58,261 nt of DNA, filler included, from Dugesia japonica (GCA_001938525.1; 5 parts of 5 records of this genome joined end to end with filler, not necessarily neighbours in it); one strand, 5' to 3'; counted from the first letter of the whole stretch, positions 23,961 to 37,054 are shown. Notes: generated by a model not told the origin, from the sequence alone. Program-made: numbers and translations.

Positions 23961-24599
23961 TAATGTCATTTCATAATCAATGTTATTCAGCTTTTCACTC
24001 GAAATCGCGCTATTAAATACGAGCAAGTTTTAATAATTTTTGAGAAACAACTCAATGAAAAATGAACAAATAAAATCCTTGTAAATATTAAAGTATGATT
24101 GCACTAGTCAATAACATTAAAAGTAAACAAAAATTAACTTCCTTAATTGTCAAATCTTTATTATCAATCATTAATTACCAACATTTAATTATAAAATCAA
24201 TGACATGGTTCATTGAACTCTTCGATCTATTAAAGTTATCCAAATAAATGTTTTATAGTATAATTAAAGTTAAGAATCACGTAAAGAAACGATTTACACA
24301 TAAAAAGAATTATTAGTTAAATTTAAGCCATAAAATATATAACTTGAAATTCAGGTATATTATAATTATATTTCCTTTTTTTAAAAAAATCAAAACAAAA
24401 TTTTACTATTTTCACAATGCCGATTTGCAATCACACAAAATCAACAAAAAAAATTCTTAAGTCTTTAAAATTCATGTATCGCTGTTCGAGCTCCCGCATA
24501 ACATTACTACCAGATGTTGGAATAATACATCACTACTCCGATCCCGTTTACCTTACCCTTAACGGATTCATTCAATTTCTACCTTTCTATCACATAAAT

Positions 24600-24950
24600 T
24601 TGCTCATTAGCCTCTCGAAAAAATACCGACTTCCGTTTCTCTCATGATTTTAAACTCTCGTTTACGTAATTTTAACCATGGTCTCTCAAAGAATCGTAAA
24701 TTTTCTATCACATAATCTTCTCAATTGTCTCGTGTTATTTTAAACTCGTATTTGCACGATTTCCGCAGTAGTTTCTCAAAATAAAAATTTTCTTTCATAT
24801 TATTTTCTCATTCGCCTCGTATAATATTAAACTCTTGTTAACATCATTTTTGCAACGATTTCTCTGATAATCGTAAATCTACTTTCATATGCTTTTCTCA
24901 TTTGCCTCGTATAATATTAAGCTCTGCTTTACATAATTTTCACCTCAGGA
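24600..24950. repeat. Degenerate ~87-90-nt tandem repeat, about 4 units
   Basis: CTCGTATAATATTAA-like cores near 24640, 24728, 24815, 24905. Confidence 0.7.
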
Positions 24951-25129
24951 CTCAGATTTATTTTATCGTTTCAACAGCTAAAGGAAGTACAATCCTGGTT
25001 TCGGGGCCACTCGGATTTTTATAATTTTACACATTAAATTAATAGTTAATTAATAATATCCTAAAATATACTTGCTATTCTGGATCAGTGTTGCCTGCTT
25101 TATAGTGGTGAAAACAGAAAATAAATTTT

Positions 25130-25370
25130 TGTTAGTGGTTCCGACACGTATAGTTGATAAATTGATAAATGAAATTCATGAAGATGGTAGAACAGATGAT
25201 TCGAACAGTGGGGGACATCATTACGATAACGATAAAAGGGAAATGTAATGAGAAAGAGTAGAAGACATTATTACTTCGAGTAGAATTTGGTATTAATACT
25301 ACATTACAAGAGTCAACAAAATTATATTCTTTCGAAATCGTATTTGGTCGAAAGATAAATCTGCATACCA
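25130..25370 (+). mobile_element. Gypsy integrase fragment (deleted)
   Basis: LVVPTRIVDKLINEIHE joined to VEQMIRT…VEFGINTTLQESTKLYSFEIVFGR. Confidence 0.65.
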
Positions 25371-26147
25371 AAGAGGAAATGCTCTCACGAGGAAGGACAG
25401 ACACAGAAGATATATTGCGGCAGAATCACTAGAACTTTTACGGATAAATTAAATTTTTTGCGGATATGTTTTTAATATGCAATTTCAAAAACCATAAAGC
25501 TACAATATTTAATATTTTGTTAATACGGATATATGTAGTCTTTTCATAGAATTATGTTATTATTTTACATCCTAATAATTTTAAATGCTTACAATTATAC
25601 ATAGACAAGTTAATATTGCTGACCATTGTAAAGTCTTTGATATAAGTTTTGACAATGCATGTTATTTTTTATTATTAAAACATGGTTAAGTCTTAATATT
25701 TGCTTTAAAATTTAACTAAATTTTCTATAGATATCCTAATATTCACACGGACTTTTATAAAAATGTCCGTAAATTTTCGGATAATTGACAATCTTGATAA
25801 AGTCTATATTTAAAAATATAGTAATACTAAATTTATATAAGACTACATTTGACACACAATGTAATTCATATTGAATTTTTTAGTGCTTAATTTATTTTGA
25901 ACAAAATCCACTTAGTTAACTATTAATTATTTTTATATATTACTAATTATTTTCCAAATAGAAATCCCTTTTTATTGAATTCAGATAAATTTTGCTTTAT
26001 TTAAAATCAAATTTATTTTAATTATATTTATAATTTATTAGTTTTATATTAAAAACGTTGTTTATATAATGAAATTCAAATTGATATTTTTTAAAATAAA
26101 AAGTAACATTTATTTTTAATTAAATTATATCCTCTAATAGACATAAA

Positions 26148-26692
26148 ATGGACACTTTAAAATTAAATCAAACGCTTAATGGACACACAGATCGTGTTTG
26201 GAATTTATCTTGGAACTATAATGGAACTTTATTGGCTTCATGTAGCAGTGATCGAACTGTTAGAATTTGGTCTTTCTGTATGTCTATTATAATTCTAGTA
26301 AAATAAAGTTTAAAATCATAACTTTAGCGACATCAACAGGAAACTGGACTTGTTTATGTGTACTTGATAACAGACACCAGAAAACTATAAGGTGTGTTAC
26401 ATGGTCTCCTTGTGGGAAATATTTGGTGAGTTCGGGTTTCGATGGGGAAGTTTTCATTGAAGAAATGGTCAGTAAAGACCCATTAGAATTTGAATCAATA
26501 GAATTCCCCACAGAACACAAGTATGAAGTAAAATCAGTTAGTTATTCGCCAAGTGGAGCGTATTTAGCAACTTGCAGTCGTGACAAAACCGTTCAAATTT
26601 TCGACATCGAAGATCTCAGTAGTCCATATAATATTGAGGTATTTTCACATTCTGAAGATGTAAAAGCAGTAACATGGCATCCTCTTGTTGAT
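26148..26692 (+). CDS. CIAO1: Cytosolic Fe-S assembly WD40 protein CIAO1/Cia1, exons 1-2 (26148-26277, 26328-26692); remainder not found
   Basis: GHTDRVWNLSW…LASCSSDRTVRIW; HQKTIRCVTWSPCGKYL; EVKSVSYSPSGAYLATCSRDK; HSEDVKAVTWHP; 50-nt in-frame intron; GTAAGT donor at 26693. Confidence 0.93.
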
Positions 26693-26894
26693 GTAAGTCA
26701 AATTTGTTTATTTTATTATTATATTAATATTTCACTTTATTTTTATTTGGTAAAATTTTAACATTAACAGTCAAATAAATTATAAATAATAATTATTATC
26801 TGTTGATTATAGTTAATTTAATTTTATTAATAAAGTACATTTATTATAATTATTATATTGTTATCGTATTGATTGGACTTAAATCGAACCACCT

Positions 26895-27860
26895 ACTAAC
26901 CAAATCGATTAATTAGACACAAAAACCGTAGAAAAATAACATTTTTATCAGGGTTTTCAATTTTCGTTCAGGCTTCGGAACTGCTTCGATTTTTATTTTT
27001 TGGAGCTCAAATTTTCAATTTAGATCCGTAATTTCGTAAAATTAAACCCGACAGATGATTTTTGAACGTTTATTTCTTAAATACAAATGAAAAATCTAAA
27101 ATAAACTACTCCCGCATCAAAATCAATATCGTTCCGGAAAATAGCGTTTCCCATAGTTTTTGCATAGAAAATTCATTTTTGCTTTTTTATTTACAAAAAA
27201 ATTGACTTGTTAAAATTCATTTTGTTCAACAAAATGCCAATCAATATTTAATACAGTCGAAACACTCAATTTCCTAAAAAGACCAATGAAAACTGCAGGA
27301 AACAATCATAATCGTTGCATAATCATGTTTGCATAGAGAGCTCCTCTTTTTTATATATAATCACCTCAATAATCAGAATTTAACTGTTTCCATTCCTACT
27401 TTTCAACAAAACACCACTCAACACAAATCAATCAATAATGCTGACTGTTAATACAGTAGAACCTCTCTAATATTGTTATCATATTGATTTTTATTGAAAT
27501 TTATCCACTTACTTACCAAATCGATTACTTAAACAGAAAAATCGTAGAAAAATAACATTTTTCAACAGGGTTTTCAATTTACGGAACTGCATCGATTTTT
27601 TGTTTTTGGAGCTCGAATTTTCAATATAGATTCGTAATTTCGTAAAATTAAACACGGCAGATGATTTTTGAACGTTTATTTCTTGAAGACAAATGATACA
27701 TCTAAAATAAACAACTCACACATCAAAATCAATATCGTTCCGGAAAATAACGTTTCCCAAGTTTTTTTGCATAGAAAACTCCTTTTTGGTTTTTTTATTT
27801 ATCCAAATTGAATTGTTTAAATTCTTTTTGTTCAACAAAAATCCAGAAAACCTCTCTAAA
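26895..27860. repeat. Two direct copies (~350 nt) of a non-coding repeat with pogo/Tigger-like TA-CAGT(C/A)GAA motifs between them
   Basis: ~26900-27240 realigns with ~27515-27845; TACAGTCGAA near 27252 and TACAGTAGAACCTC near 27452. Confidence 0.75.
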
Positions 27861-27957
27861 TTGATTGTAAAACTCTGAAAAATTCTCTTTATACTACTTT
27901 ACAAATCAATTAATAAGCGGGAGGTAATATTTATTTCCCGGTCTCGACTAGGTTACA

Positions 27958-28131
27958 CCGAAACAATGCTCTATACCAATATTTCTCAACATAAAACTAA
28001 CCGCGGACCACCGAATGAGAAACAATGCTCTATACTAATATTTCTCAACATAAAACGAACCGCGGACCACCGAATGAGAAACAATACTCTATACCAATAT
28101 TTCTCAACACAAAACAAACCGCGGACCACCG
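27958..28131. repeat. 59-nt minisatellite, ~3 copies, running into contig end
   Basis: AACAAT(G/A)CTC at 27962, 28021, 28080. Confidence 0.92.
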
Positions 28132-28231
28132 NNNNNNNNNNNNNNNNNNNNNNNNNNNNNNNNNNNNNNNNNNNNTTAATTAATTAANNNNNNNNNNNNN
28201 NNNNNNNNNNNNNNNNNNNNNNNNNNNNNNN
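28132..28231. other. Artificial 100-nt assembly spacer
   Basis: 44 N + TTAATTAATTAA + 44 N. Confidence 0.97.
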
Positions 28232-31221
28232 CGAACAGGAAATCATTGAACTAAGAGCACTCTGCCAGGAAAAAGAAAACGACATCGCCGAAAAACCACA
28301 ACATTTAATCGAACAATTTTCCGAAATTAATGAACTCCATCAATCACATACAGCCGGTCGACCTATTTCTCACCCGTTAGTTTTACGAATTCTACCCCAC
28401 CCAAGAAGTTTAATCATCCTCAATTCATACAAATCAACATTAAGCCCCGCTGCTCCCAAATGGCAACCAACACTCTCAGGTCTACCAAGGCAATCCACAC
28501 CATTAATAATTCAGGACCCCATTGCAGCTCCGGTTAAATCAAAAATTTCAGAATGGATAAATAAAATAATCAATCAAGGAAATACTCAGGAAAAAAAACA
28601 ATTAATTATTGGAAAATATCAATTAATTATAAACAAAAAATAAAATGTAAATTAGTTACAAAACAGTTTTATAGCAATATCTCTCCTCCAATTAATGCTG
28701 GAACTAACGGATAAGAAAAACTGTAAAGGATTTCTATCTGGCTATCAGAGTTTTGACACTAGAAAATGGTGCCACCATCCAGAGGGTCTCCACGAAGATT
28801 TTAAGATTGATCGAATAGCAGTCTAGAATTAAAAAATAAGACAAAGAACAAAAACTCACCTGATGATCCAAAAATATCTGCCAACAGAATCACAGAAAAT
28901 CGGCATAACTTTAGAAAAGTGGCACCACCGCCAATGAAAATGGGTTATTTCATTTTAAAAATAACCGACCAACAAGAAAATAGTCGGGTTGCATTAGAAA
29001 ACATAAAAAGCACCCGAATTTTAGTAGAAAACAACAATTCAGCAACAACATTTTTACTACGTTTCGATCGTAACCATACATCGTATTACTTTTACATTAG
29101 AGAAAAATTTTTCACGGAAAAAATATTTAATCTATTACGGTATTTTATACGGTAAGATCACCAATTCTATTCGACTAATTCATTGGTGTCACATTTGAAT
29201 TTTTCAGAGAAGAAATATTCTATCAATTAAAGGAAGAATTTGAACAATTAAAATCGACCACTAATTCCAGGTGTAACTAAGTTTTATTTTGAAGATTAAT
29301 TCGTTGCAGAAATCCTTGTTTTAATAGTAAGTGTCGTTGCTGTATTATAATATTGTAATAAAAATTTATGACATTAATAATAAAAAATGTTTAAAATTTG
29401 ATTCATGTGTTTAAATTGAAATTATAAAAAATCATCAATTTAATCTATAAAGGATAAAGTAGTCAAAGTACATCATTAAAGATTTTTATAATTTGATCTA
29501 TTTAAATTAACCTGACAATTTTATCTAGACAGTAAAATTGAGCGGACATGTATTTTAATTGATGCAGTCAGAAATTTTTTTTTATGACAATTCGTTGATA
29601 ATGCATGAGAAATACCACCCCGGTATATTTAAAATCAATAGTTTAACGATTGCCTCACTCGTAACTAAGTTTGTATAAACCGCTTGTCAACACCAGAAGA
29701 GTGAGTCACCCAAGTGTGAATATTGTAACATCTGAATCCGCATCCAGGAATAATGGAAATCATGTGTGACAACACGATCATGGTGTTGAGTGGAATTATT
29801 CTCTCTCTCGTGATGAAATTTGTAAAAGTGATTTTCGTAATGTGATGGAAACGGTTGACAACGATACAGATCCACTGACAATTAGCTAACATTGTTATCA
29901 CCCAAGTTAGCGGTAAGAACTTCATTTTGTGTAACGTGTATTTGAATTAAGTTTTTTCTGTTTGTGATTAGTTATCATTATTATCAATAAAATTTGGCTT
30001 TACAGTGAATAATTACTATTTTACTATTGTTATTAGTGTAATTATCATTGGTGGAATGATTAATCTGATTACTAAAGGCAGAATTAAACTTGTATCATTA
30101 AAATTTATAAATATTCCGGGAGTAGTTATAATTTTCCAGTAATTCTTAGGGTGATGTTTTGGACATATACTTTTTTTCACAAACTATAATATGGAATGAA
30201 TGGTATTTTGCCGATAAATCTGAGGTCTAATTGGCGTATGGTAGGGTGTCCGTCTTATGTTCATAATCTTAAGGCAATTATGTTATTTATCATTATCATT
30301 AATATTATATTAATAGCCATGTTCCGAATGGAAGTTTTCACCATCCTGACGAAGGATACGAATATCTATAACCACTATTAGGGGTTGCCAGCATATTGAT
30401 TTTTGGCTGTTTCATTGTGATTAAACATGGAAATTATTGTTACTATAGACCTATCTACTACTAATGACATCGTGATTCATCGCTAGTAACATTAACTAAA
30501 GGAAGTACTGCGCGGCTGAAGAAGTTTAGAATACCTTATAGTTAGTAGTGGTAGTGTCATTAGGGGTATTATCATTCTAGAGATTATCACTTTTACTTAT
30601 ATTATACATTCGTGTTATCAATGAACCTTCGTGACTTACGAGGACTCTATGGTTACCCCTTTCCACCAGTATTATATTTAGAAGTCGGGTAAGGTAGAAT
30701 AAATATTTTCCGTATACTCATATATGAACCACGCAAATCTTTTTGAATCTAATTTGATAATATGTTAATCAAGGTATAGATTTCCTCATGGGTGATATTC
30801 TAACAAGAACTCTCCTATGATTGCTATGGTCACCACAACAGTATATTGTGGACCTCTCACGTCAGCTAAGAAACCCCACGTGGGTCCAGTGGGACGATAA
30901 TGACGATGTAGCAGCATTTAATTTTGTAATGACTGATCCGCTCAAGTAGCTAGACCCGGGCGCATTGGATCTTATGTAACTTTTATGTAAAATAAAGCTT
31001 TCATTATTTGACTCAGTATAGTATAAATTCGTGATAATAGGGAAATTAGTGAACCCAAACTCAAAGGCGTATGGGCGTGCACCTCATTAATTGAGAGGTC
31101 AACCACCATATGCTGAATACCTAACCTAGGAGCATTGGATTAAATTCTTGAAAGGGTTCCCTGATGGCTGTCTTTTCCCCAGCCACGTTTTTCTTCGTCT
31201 AACTCAGGTGGAACCCCAACA
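28232..31221 (+). mobile_element. Diverged copy B of the unclassified multi-ORF repeat family (5' end probably cut by contig edge)
   Basis: Shares in order AAAATAACCGACCAACAAGAA…TAGTCGGGTTG, GTTGCAGAA…TAGTAAGT, the WDDN…LDPGALD peptide and a ~190-nt terminal block ending GGAACCCCAACA. Confidence 0.65.
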
Positions 31222-31299
31222 AATGTTTTAAAAAATCTATTAATTAAAAAGGCACAATAAATATTTTGAATTAAAAAAATTATCAACACGATTTTGCAT

Positions 31300-31520
31300 C
31301 ATCCCATACTTTTTAATTGACGTAAAATCGAAATTCACTTGTAATTTTACTCGTAGGACGTAAGAAGTTTGTGATCCTAGATCATCGCCAATAGTTTCCA
31401 TCTATTAACCAAACGACCACACAAAACGTGTTCAGTAAAACCTCAAAAGAATATCCATCGTCTTTAATTTTAATTTAACGATCTAATTATTACGTGTACA
31501 AATATGACTCCAGCTTTTTT
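31300..31520 (-). mobile_element. Possible piggyBac-like transposase remnant
   Basis: DDGYSF and DLGSQ…VLR…VNFD-FTSIK resemble the DNxFTS region; very decayed. Confidence 0.35.
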
Positions 31521-31829
31521 GAGTAAAGAAAACCGTCTTTCTTTTAAAAGTTTCATTGAAAACATTTGAAGCTACAAGCATCAAATAAATTTATCGCAAG
31601 AAAAACTCTGATTCTTTGAAGCAATGCAGTTATTTACTCAACGTCGATAGTCTTCATCGGCAGAAACAAGCTCTTCAGAAAGTACTCATTACATTGAGTG
31701 AAACAAATGATATTCTTAAGGATTATCCCATTTTCTGCAATATTTTACTGGAATATTTTAACTGGCAACACAGTTACTTTCAGATGAGTCTGTAGCGACA
31801 TCTTCATAAAAAAATAATTTGCATTAGTT

Positions 31830-32680
31830 TTATAATATTGGAGTTATAAGTGCAAGAAGTGAAAAGAATCTGGTGGGTAACGAGTTTTTATCAGGTGAAT
31901 ACATCGAGTGGTGTAAAACTTTTTAGTTTACTGTTAAGTAATTCTTGACAACCGATTAAATGTGTGACTTAGCGTTATTATGTTGGTAAATTATCTTGGT
32001 ATGTCTATTCTCTCATTCTGGTATTTAATCGAATTAATTGCAATCGATAACATTTACTAGTTTTGGTTTACGATTGTTTTAGTAGTTCATAATAGATGAC
32101 ACTTTTCTTATCCCACAAGATACACTGCATAACTTTAGAACCACGGATATTCAATTTTGACTTGATATACCGGGTTCACCTGGCTTTATCCAAAAAAAGT
32201 TGCGTTTTAAATCTTCATAGTGAATCTATTTTGCGTCTTTTGTAACAATTCAATTCTGAAAAACGTGTTATTTTCTATCTCTGAGGAAGAAAGACATTAA
32301 AATTATTTTAACCCTGCCATGTCTCTTCGACATTTCAGGTAGGACCCTATCCCAAAATTTTCGAATCATTACCATAACCTATAATGACCTCCCGAAATAC
32401 ATTTTGGGTATTTAATGCAACAGCGAATTAAGATTGTGTTTGGAATGGGCTTCATCCAGCAACATTACAAATTTTTATCTTCAAGTTCTTTTGGTGGTTT
32501 TAAATTTGCCATTTCTAAATCTGCAAAACCAATCCTATTATGTCGTAGCTGAAGGAGCATATTCGCGATAAATTTCTTTAAGCAAGCAGTACGTTTCTGC
32601 TTCGCTTTCTTGACAATATGATAATAAAGCATGACCTCTTGCAAATATTGCAGATAATTTAGATTGAGACATTATTTAAT
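31830..32680 (-). mobile_element. Near full-length decayed Mos1-like mariner transposase
   Basis: IYREYAPSATT**DWFCRFRNG; IVTKDAK*IHY; GSKVMQCILWDKKSVIYYELL; VLHHSMYSPD. Confidence 0.85.
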
Positions 32681-34161
32681 GGATGAATATCTAAATAGTA
32701 AAGACTTAAACAAATGTCATGTGTTAACATTTATAACATAATTTTCGATTTTACAAATATTAATATGTAAGCACAATTTTTAGCGGAATTTTTACAAAAT
32801 AATATATACTCAAATGACTTTAATCTTGATAGTTCTCTTAAAAATTTTGAATTTTTCTTATTAATCTTATACGAAATCAGTAGAATTAACAACAATTTAA
32901 AATATAAATAAGTCGTCTTTAGTCATTTTAAAATATTCTATTATATTCCACTATCATGTTATTGCACCTTCAACGATGTAACTCAATGAAAAAAACTTTT
33001 GTATTAGTAAAACCGAAAGCCGAGAAGACAAACGGAGAATTTTAATCAACTTTTAATCCCATACGATAACTCACTTGAACTTTTAATCTTTTTCTAAAAC
33101 AATATTTTTAACCTTTTATAAATGTTTTGAGTTTGTCGTTAAACTCTTTCGCTCAACTTTCTTAAAATTATTTCGAAACTTATAATGAAAAAAATCCAAA
33201 TTTAAATGAAAACAGTTTTCTTTTCCTGTGATTTATCTGTTTTATTTTAATTTTCTATTTTTTGTATTTTTCATTTTAAAATAAATTAATTTCTAAGTTT
33301 TTTTTCTTATTTTGCTTCTCATTTGTAATCTTAATTTCTTATAAAATAATGATGAGATTTTATGCATTCATTAACCATTATTTTGCTCGTAAGTAATTTC
33401 CATACTGTAGCTTGCTTAGGCATCCGTAAACTCAAATTTTGATTTGCTCTAGTATTTTAGAAATTTCAGAAATTGTATTCTTTTATTAATTTAATCATTT
33501 TCTTGTTATTATTTATTATTCATTATTTTCTTTTATTCCTGATATTCTTTGAAGTTATGTATTAATTTGTCTTAGGGTTTGTTAAAATATACCTATGACC
33601 TTAATTATGGTTTTATTTCTTTTCTAACAAATATCTTAATTAATTTTTTGCTGAATTTCCTTCGAATAACGTACCTAAAGGTGTTTAAATGGTTTTGATT
33701 CATTTGATATAATTATTGCCTCCTGGCAAGCATTCTAAAATAAGTTTTAAATGTAATAATTGCTTTTTCAGAATTTCTGGAGAAATTATAAGATTTTAAA
33801 AATACGTTTNNNNNNNNNNNNNNNNNNNNNNNNNNNNNNNNNNNNNNNNNNNNNNNNNNNNNNNNNNTCAAATATTACCGGTTTACAGTTATTATTCTAG
33901 AATTAAATAGAGCAGTCGGTAATGAATTAAAAAAAGTTCTAATGAGAAAATGTTATACGATAAGCTTTTCTAATGCATGAATTCTAAAATATAATGAATT
34001 AGAACACAAGATTTTTGAATTTTATCGGATTTTAAGTGGTTGAATAGTCTCTATTCGATTATGTGATCTTATTGCCAAATAGTATTTGGTTATTTTCTTT
34101 TACATAACTTTACAGCTAATTTTAAGTTAACGAACTTTTAGATTTATGTAGATTGCATATA

Positions 34162-34230
34162 CAGTCGAACCTCCATATAAAGTCATTCAGTTCAGATACC
34201 GATGGGTAACGTCATAGGGAGGTTCGACCG
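34162..34230. mobile_element. 69-nt pogo/Tc1-type MITE
   Basis: TA-CAGTCGAACCTCC…GGAGGTTCGACCG-TA (12/13 TIR match, TA TSD). Confidence 0.85.
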
Positions 34231-34440
34231 TATAATACTCAAACCAAAATTCATAACAAGCATTAATCAGATAAAATGTTAACTTCGTGCTACTAGTTTT
34301 TTCATTTGTGGTATTTTTTCAAATCCGTTCAAAATTGTAAAATTCAATATGTCGAATAAGTCAAAATGAAATTAGATCAGAATGACAAATGCGGAAATCT
34401 TTAATTGATTTGAAAAATCCAGATTTACAACGCATGACTT

Positions 34441-34714
34441 GAATTAGAATCAATATTAGTAAAATTAGANNNNNNNNNNNNNNAATTAGAATCAATATTA
34501 GTAAAATTAGATTCAATATTAGTAAAATTAGAATCAATATTAGTAAAATTAGATTCAATATTAGTAAAATTAGANNNNNNNNNNNNNNNNNNNNNNNNNN
34601 NNNNNNNNNNNNNNNNNNNNNNNNNNNNNNNNNNNNNNTCAATATTAGTAAAATTAGATTCAATATTAGTAAAATTAGATTCAATATTAGTAAAATTAGA
34701 TTCAATATTAGTAA
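34441..34714. repeat. 21-nt minisatellite (TCAATATTAGTAAAATTAGAW)
   Basis: Near-perfect tandem units interrupted by N gaps. Confidence 0.95.
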
Positions 34715-34896
34715 AAGCTTTTTACAAAAATAAAATTAAAGTTGAAAATGTTATGTTAAATGTGTTTATAAAAAGATTTATGTGATGAGTTTTCTTTCTT
34801 TTCTGGATTAAATTATTAATAGCAACAATGATTTATAGATTTATAATAAATGAGATAAACTAATATTTTATTTTGTCAACCAATTCATCTAGTTCA

Positions 34897-35455
34897 TCAT
34901 AAAACATAAAACATAACGATTTGTAGTGCTTCAATTAATCCTTCACCAGAAACCGCAGAACATGGTCGAACACAATATCTACGAGAACCATTGAATAGAC
35001 TTAATTCCAATCCATTTATGATTTCATTTAAAGACATAGGATTTGGTAAATCTTGCTTATTAGCAAGCACAACGACTGGAACCTTAACAAATAACATTTA
35101 TTTGAATATATTGTAAAACAAATAAAAATTTACTTCTTTCATTTCTTCTTGTTCAAGAATAAATATTAATGCATCTTTTGATTCTTGCAATCTTTTTCTA
35201 TCATTTATGTCTACCACATATAAGACACAATGAGAATGCACACAATGATTTATCCAAGATGATCGATAAATTTGACGGCCTCCAATATCTGTGATTTCGA
35301 ATTTGATATTCTTTCTTATTTTTACACTTTCTACATTGCATGTCACAGTTGGGATTGTATTAAATTGTCCATTGATTTTCAATTTGTAAATAATACTTGT
35401 TTTGCCAGCACCATCGAGACCCACCATCACAATTTTAAAGGTTCCATATTTTCTA
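34897..35455 (-). CDS. ARF/ARL-family small GTPase unit 2 (exons 35455-35134, 35082-34897)
   Basis: GLDGAGKT, TIPT, DIGGR, LANKQD, CSA motifs; 51-nt in-frame intron 35133-35083. Confidence 0.9.
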
Positions 35456-35496
35456 CTGAGATGAGATATATCATTTTTAGCAAGTTATAAATCAAA

Positions 35497-36110
35497 TTAA
35501 TCATACTCATGAAATTCAAAAAACTTCACCGATTCGAATTGTTCTAAGATATGTACGAACATTACCATCGCTTGAATTAAACCATCGCCAGACACCGCAG
35601 AACATGCTCGGACATTCCATAAACGAGAACCATCCAATCGCCATAATTCCAATCCATTTATGATTTCATTTAAAGACATGGGATTTGGTAAATCTTGCTT
35701 ATTAGCAAGCACAACAACTGGAACCTTAACAAATAACATTTATATGAATATATTGTTAAACAAATACAAATTTACTTCTTTCATTTCTTCTTGTTCAAGA
35801 ATTGAAAATAATTCCTTTTGTGATTCGTCCAATTTTTTTCGATCGTTAATATCGACCAAATAAATGAGAGAATGACATCCTTCACAAGCACTTATCCATG
35901 AGGGTCGACTTGTTAATTGTTCATTAACCTTGTGTATTTGGAGTTTCGTATTTATTTGCACTTCTTTAACTTCGAAGGCACTCAAAATGATTTTAACGCA
36001 TCCATTAGATAATATTGTGGATTTCCCAACACCATTTAGCCCTATTATTATTATTTTCTTATTTTGAAAGTAAATTACGCAAGAAAACAATGGTAATAGG
36101 TGTTTCAATC
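35497..36110 (-). CDS. Divergent ARF/ARL-family unit 1 (exons ?-35776, 35724-~35507); 5' end unresolved
   Basis: GLNGVGKST, LANKQD, CSA; no G2 Thr or DxxG; 51-nt intron 35775-35725 at the same position as in unit 2. Confidence 0.8.
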
Positions 36111-36825
36111 CAACCCGCTCGTGCGGTCTAATGTTGGAAATGCGAAGCCCGCAGCTAAAAAACGGTCATTTTATTTCGGGTTAAGAGGACCGGTTCATAT
36201 TGCGCACACCACAGTTCATATTCACTGAGGAGCGACTAGAGACGATATTAATAATGTTCCGTAGGAATTCTAATATTGTCAAGCATAATTTACTTAACTA
36301 CTTAAAATTTTGGTTAATTTAGTGGAAAATATACTTTTCCGTGGATTGAAACAAAACAGAAATTACAAAAAAATAAGACAATTGAAACAGAAACCATAAA
36401 TTTTAAAAAGTAATTTCACTACATTTCAACATGTAAATTCTTGCACCACAAAAAATCTGATCTCTCGAGGATGGAGGGCTTGTTCGCAGTGCAGAACTAA
36501 AAACAAAAGAAAGATTTATTTTGAAAACAATATATTACAATCAAACAATGGTAATCATCATGATGACATGATTAATTAATATCAGAAATAAGTTAACATA
36601 TCCGATTTTATTTTCTCTCTCACCCTCTTCATGATCAGAAACCTAAAACCATCAATAATACATATGCTGAAATAAAGTATAAATGGTTTAAGTGGAAGTA
36701 ATAGAATTTAGTAATAATAACAAAATAAATATCAAAATATGTGGCATGTGACGGTAGTAGGATTGATCAAAAGGTTTATGATCATTTTCATAGATAAATT
36801 TAATAGAAGACTAATTTTGAGCTAT

Positions 36826-37054
36826 TCATGTGAATTTGGAATTAGCAGCAATAGTTTCTGACGGTTTAGGTTCACCGAAATATCTGAGCAAAACTTTAGC
36901 ATAACCATGTAATTCTTGCTCACTAGATACGCCTGTAGATGGTAGAGAATTCTGCAAGAGATCTTAAAGATTCAATGAAATATAAAACTCACCAATGCAA
37001 ACACTCGCTCTCTAACTGATGGATTTGCCACAAGCTCACTCATATTATGAGCAA
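36826..37054 (-). CDS. Last two exons of an unidentified gene (37054-36993, 36951-36826)
   Basis: 41-nt GTGAGT…TTGCAG intron joins …NPSVRERVFAL to NSLPSTG…AANSKFT* in frame. Confidence 0.55.

Noticed and set aside
27958-28131. CRISPR-like regular repeats
   Set aside because: Whole 59-nt units repeat with no unique spacers; eukaryotic context, no cas genes.
30376-31221. Stand-alone ~850-nt solo LTR starting TATTAGGGGTT
   Set aside because: No TSD, and similarity to copy A extends far upstream.
34361-34705. Leu/Ile-rich 114-aa ORF
   Set aside because: Translation of a 21-nt minisatellite plus N gaps.
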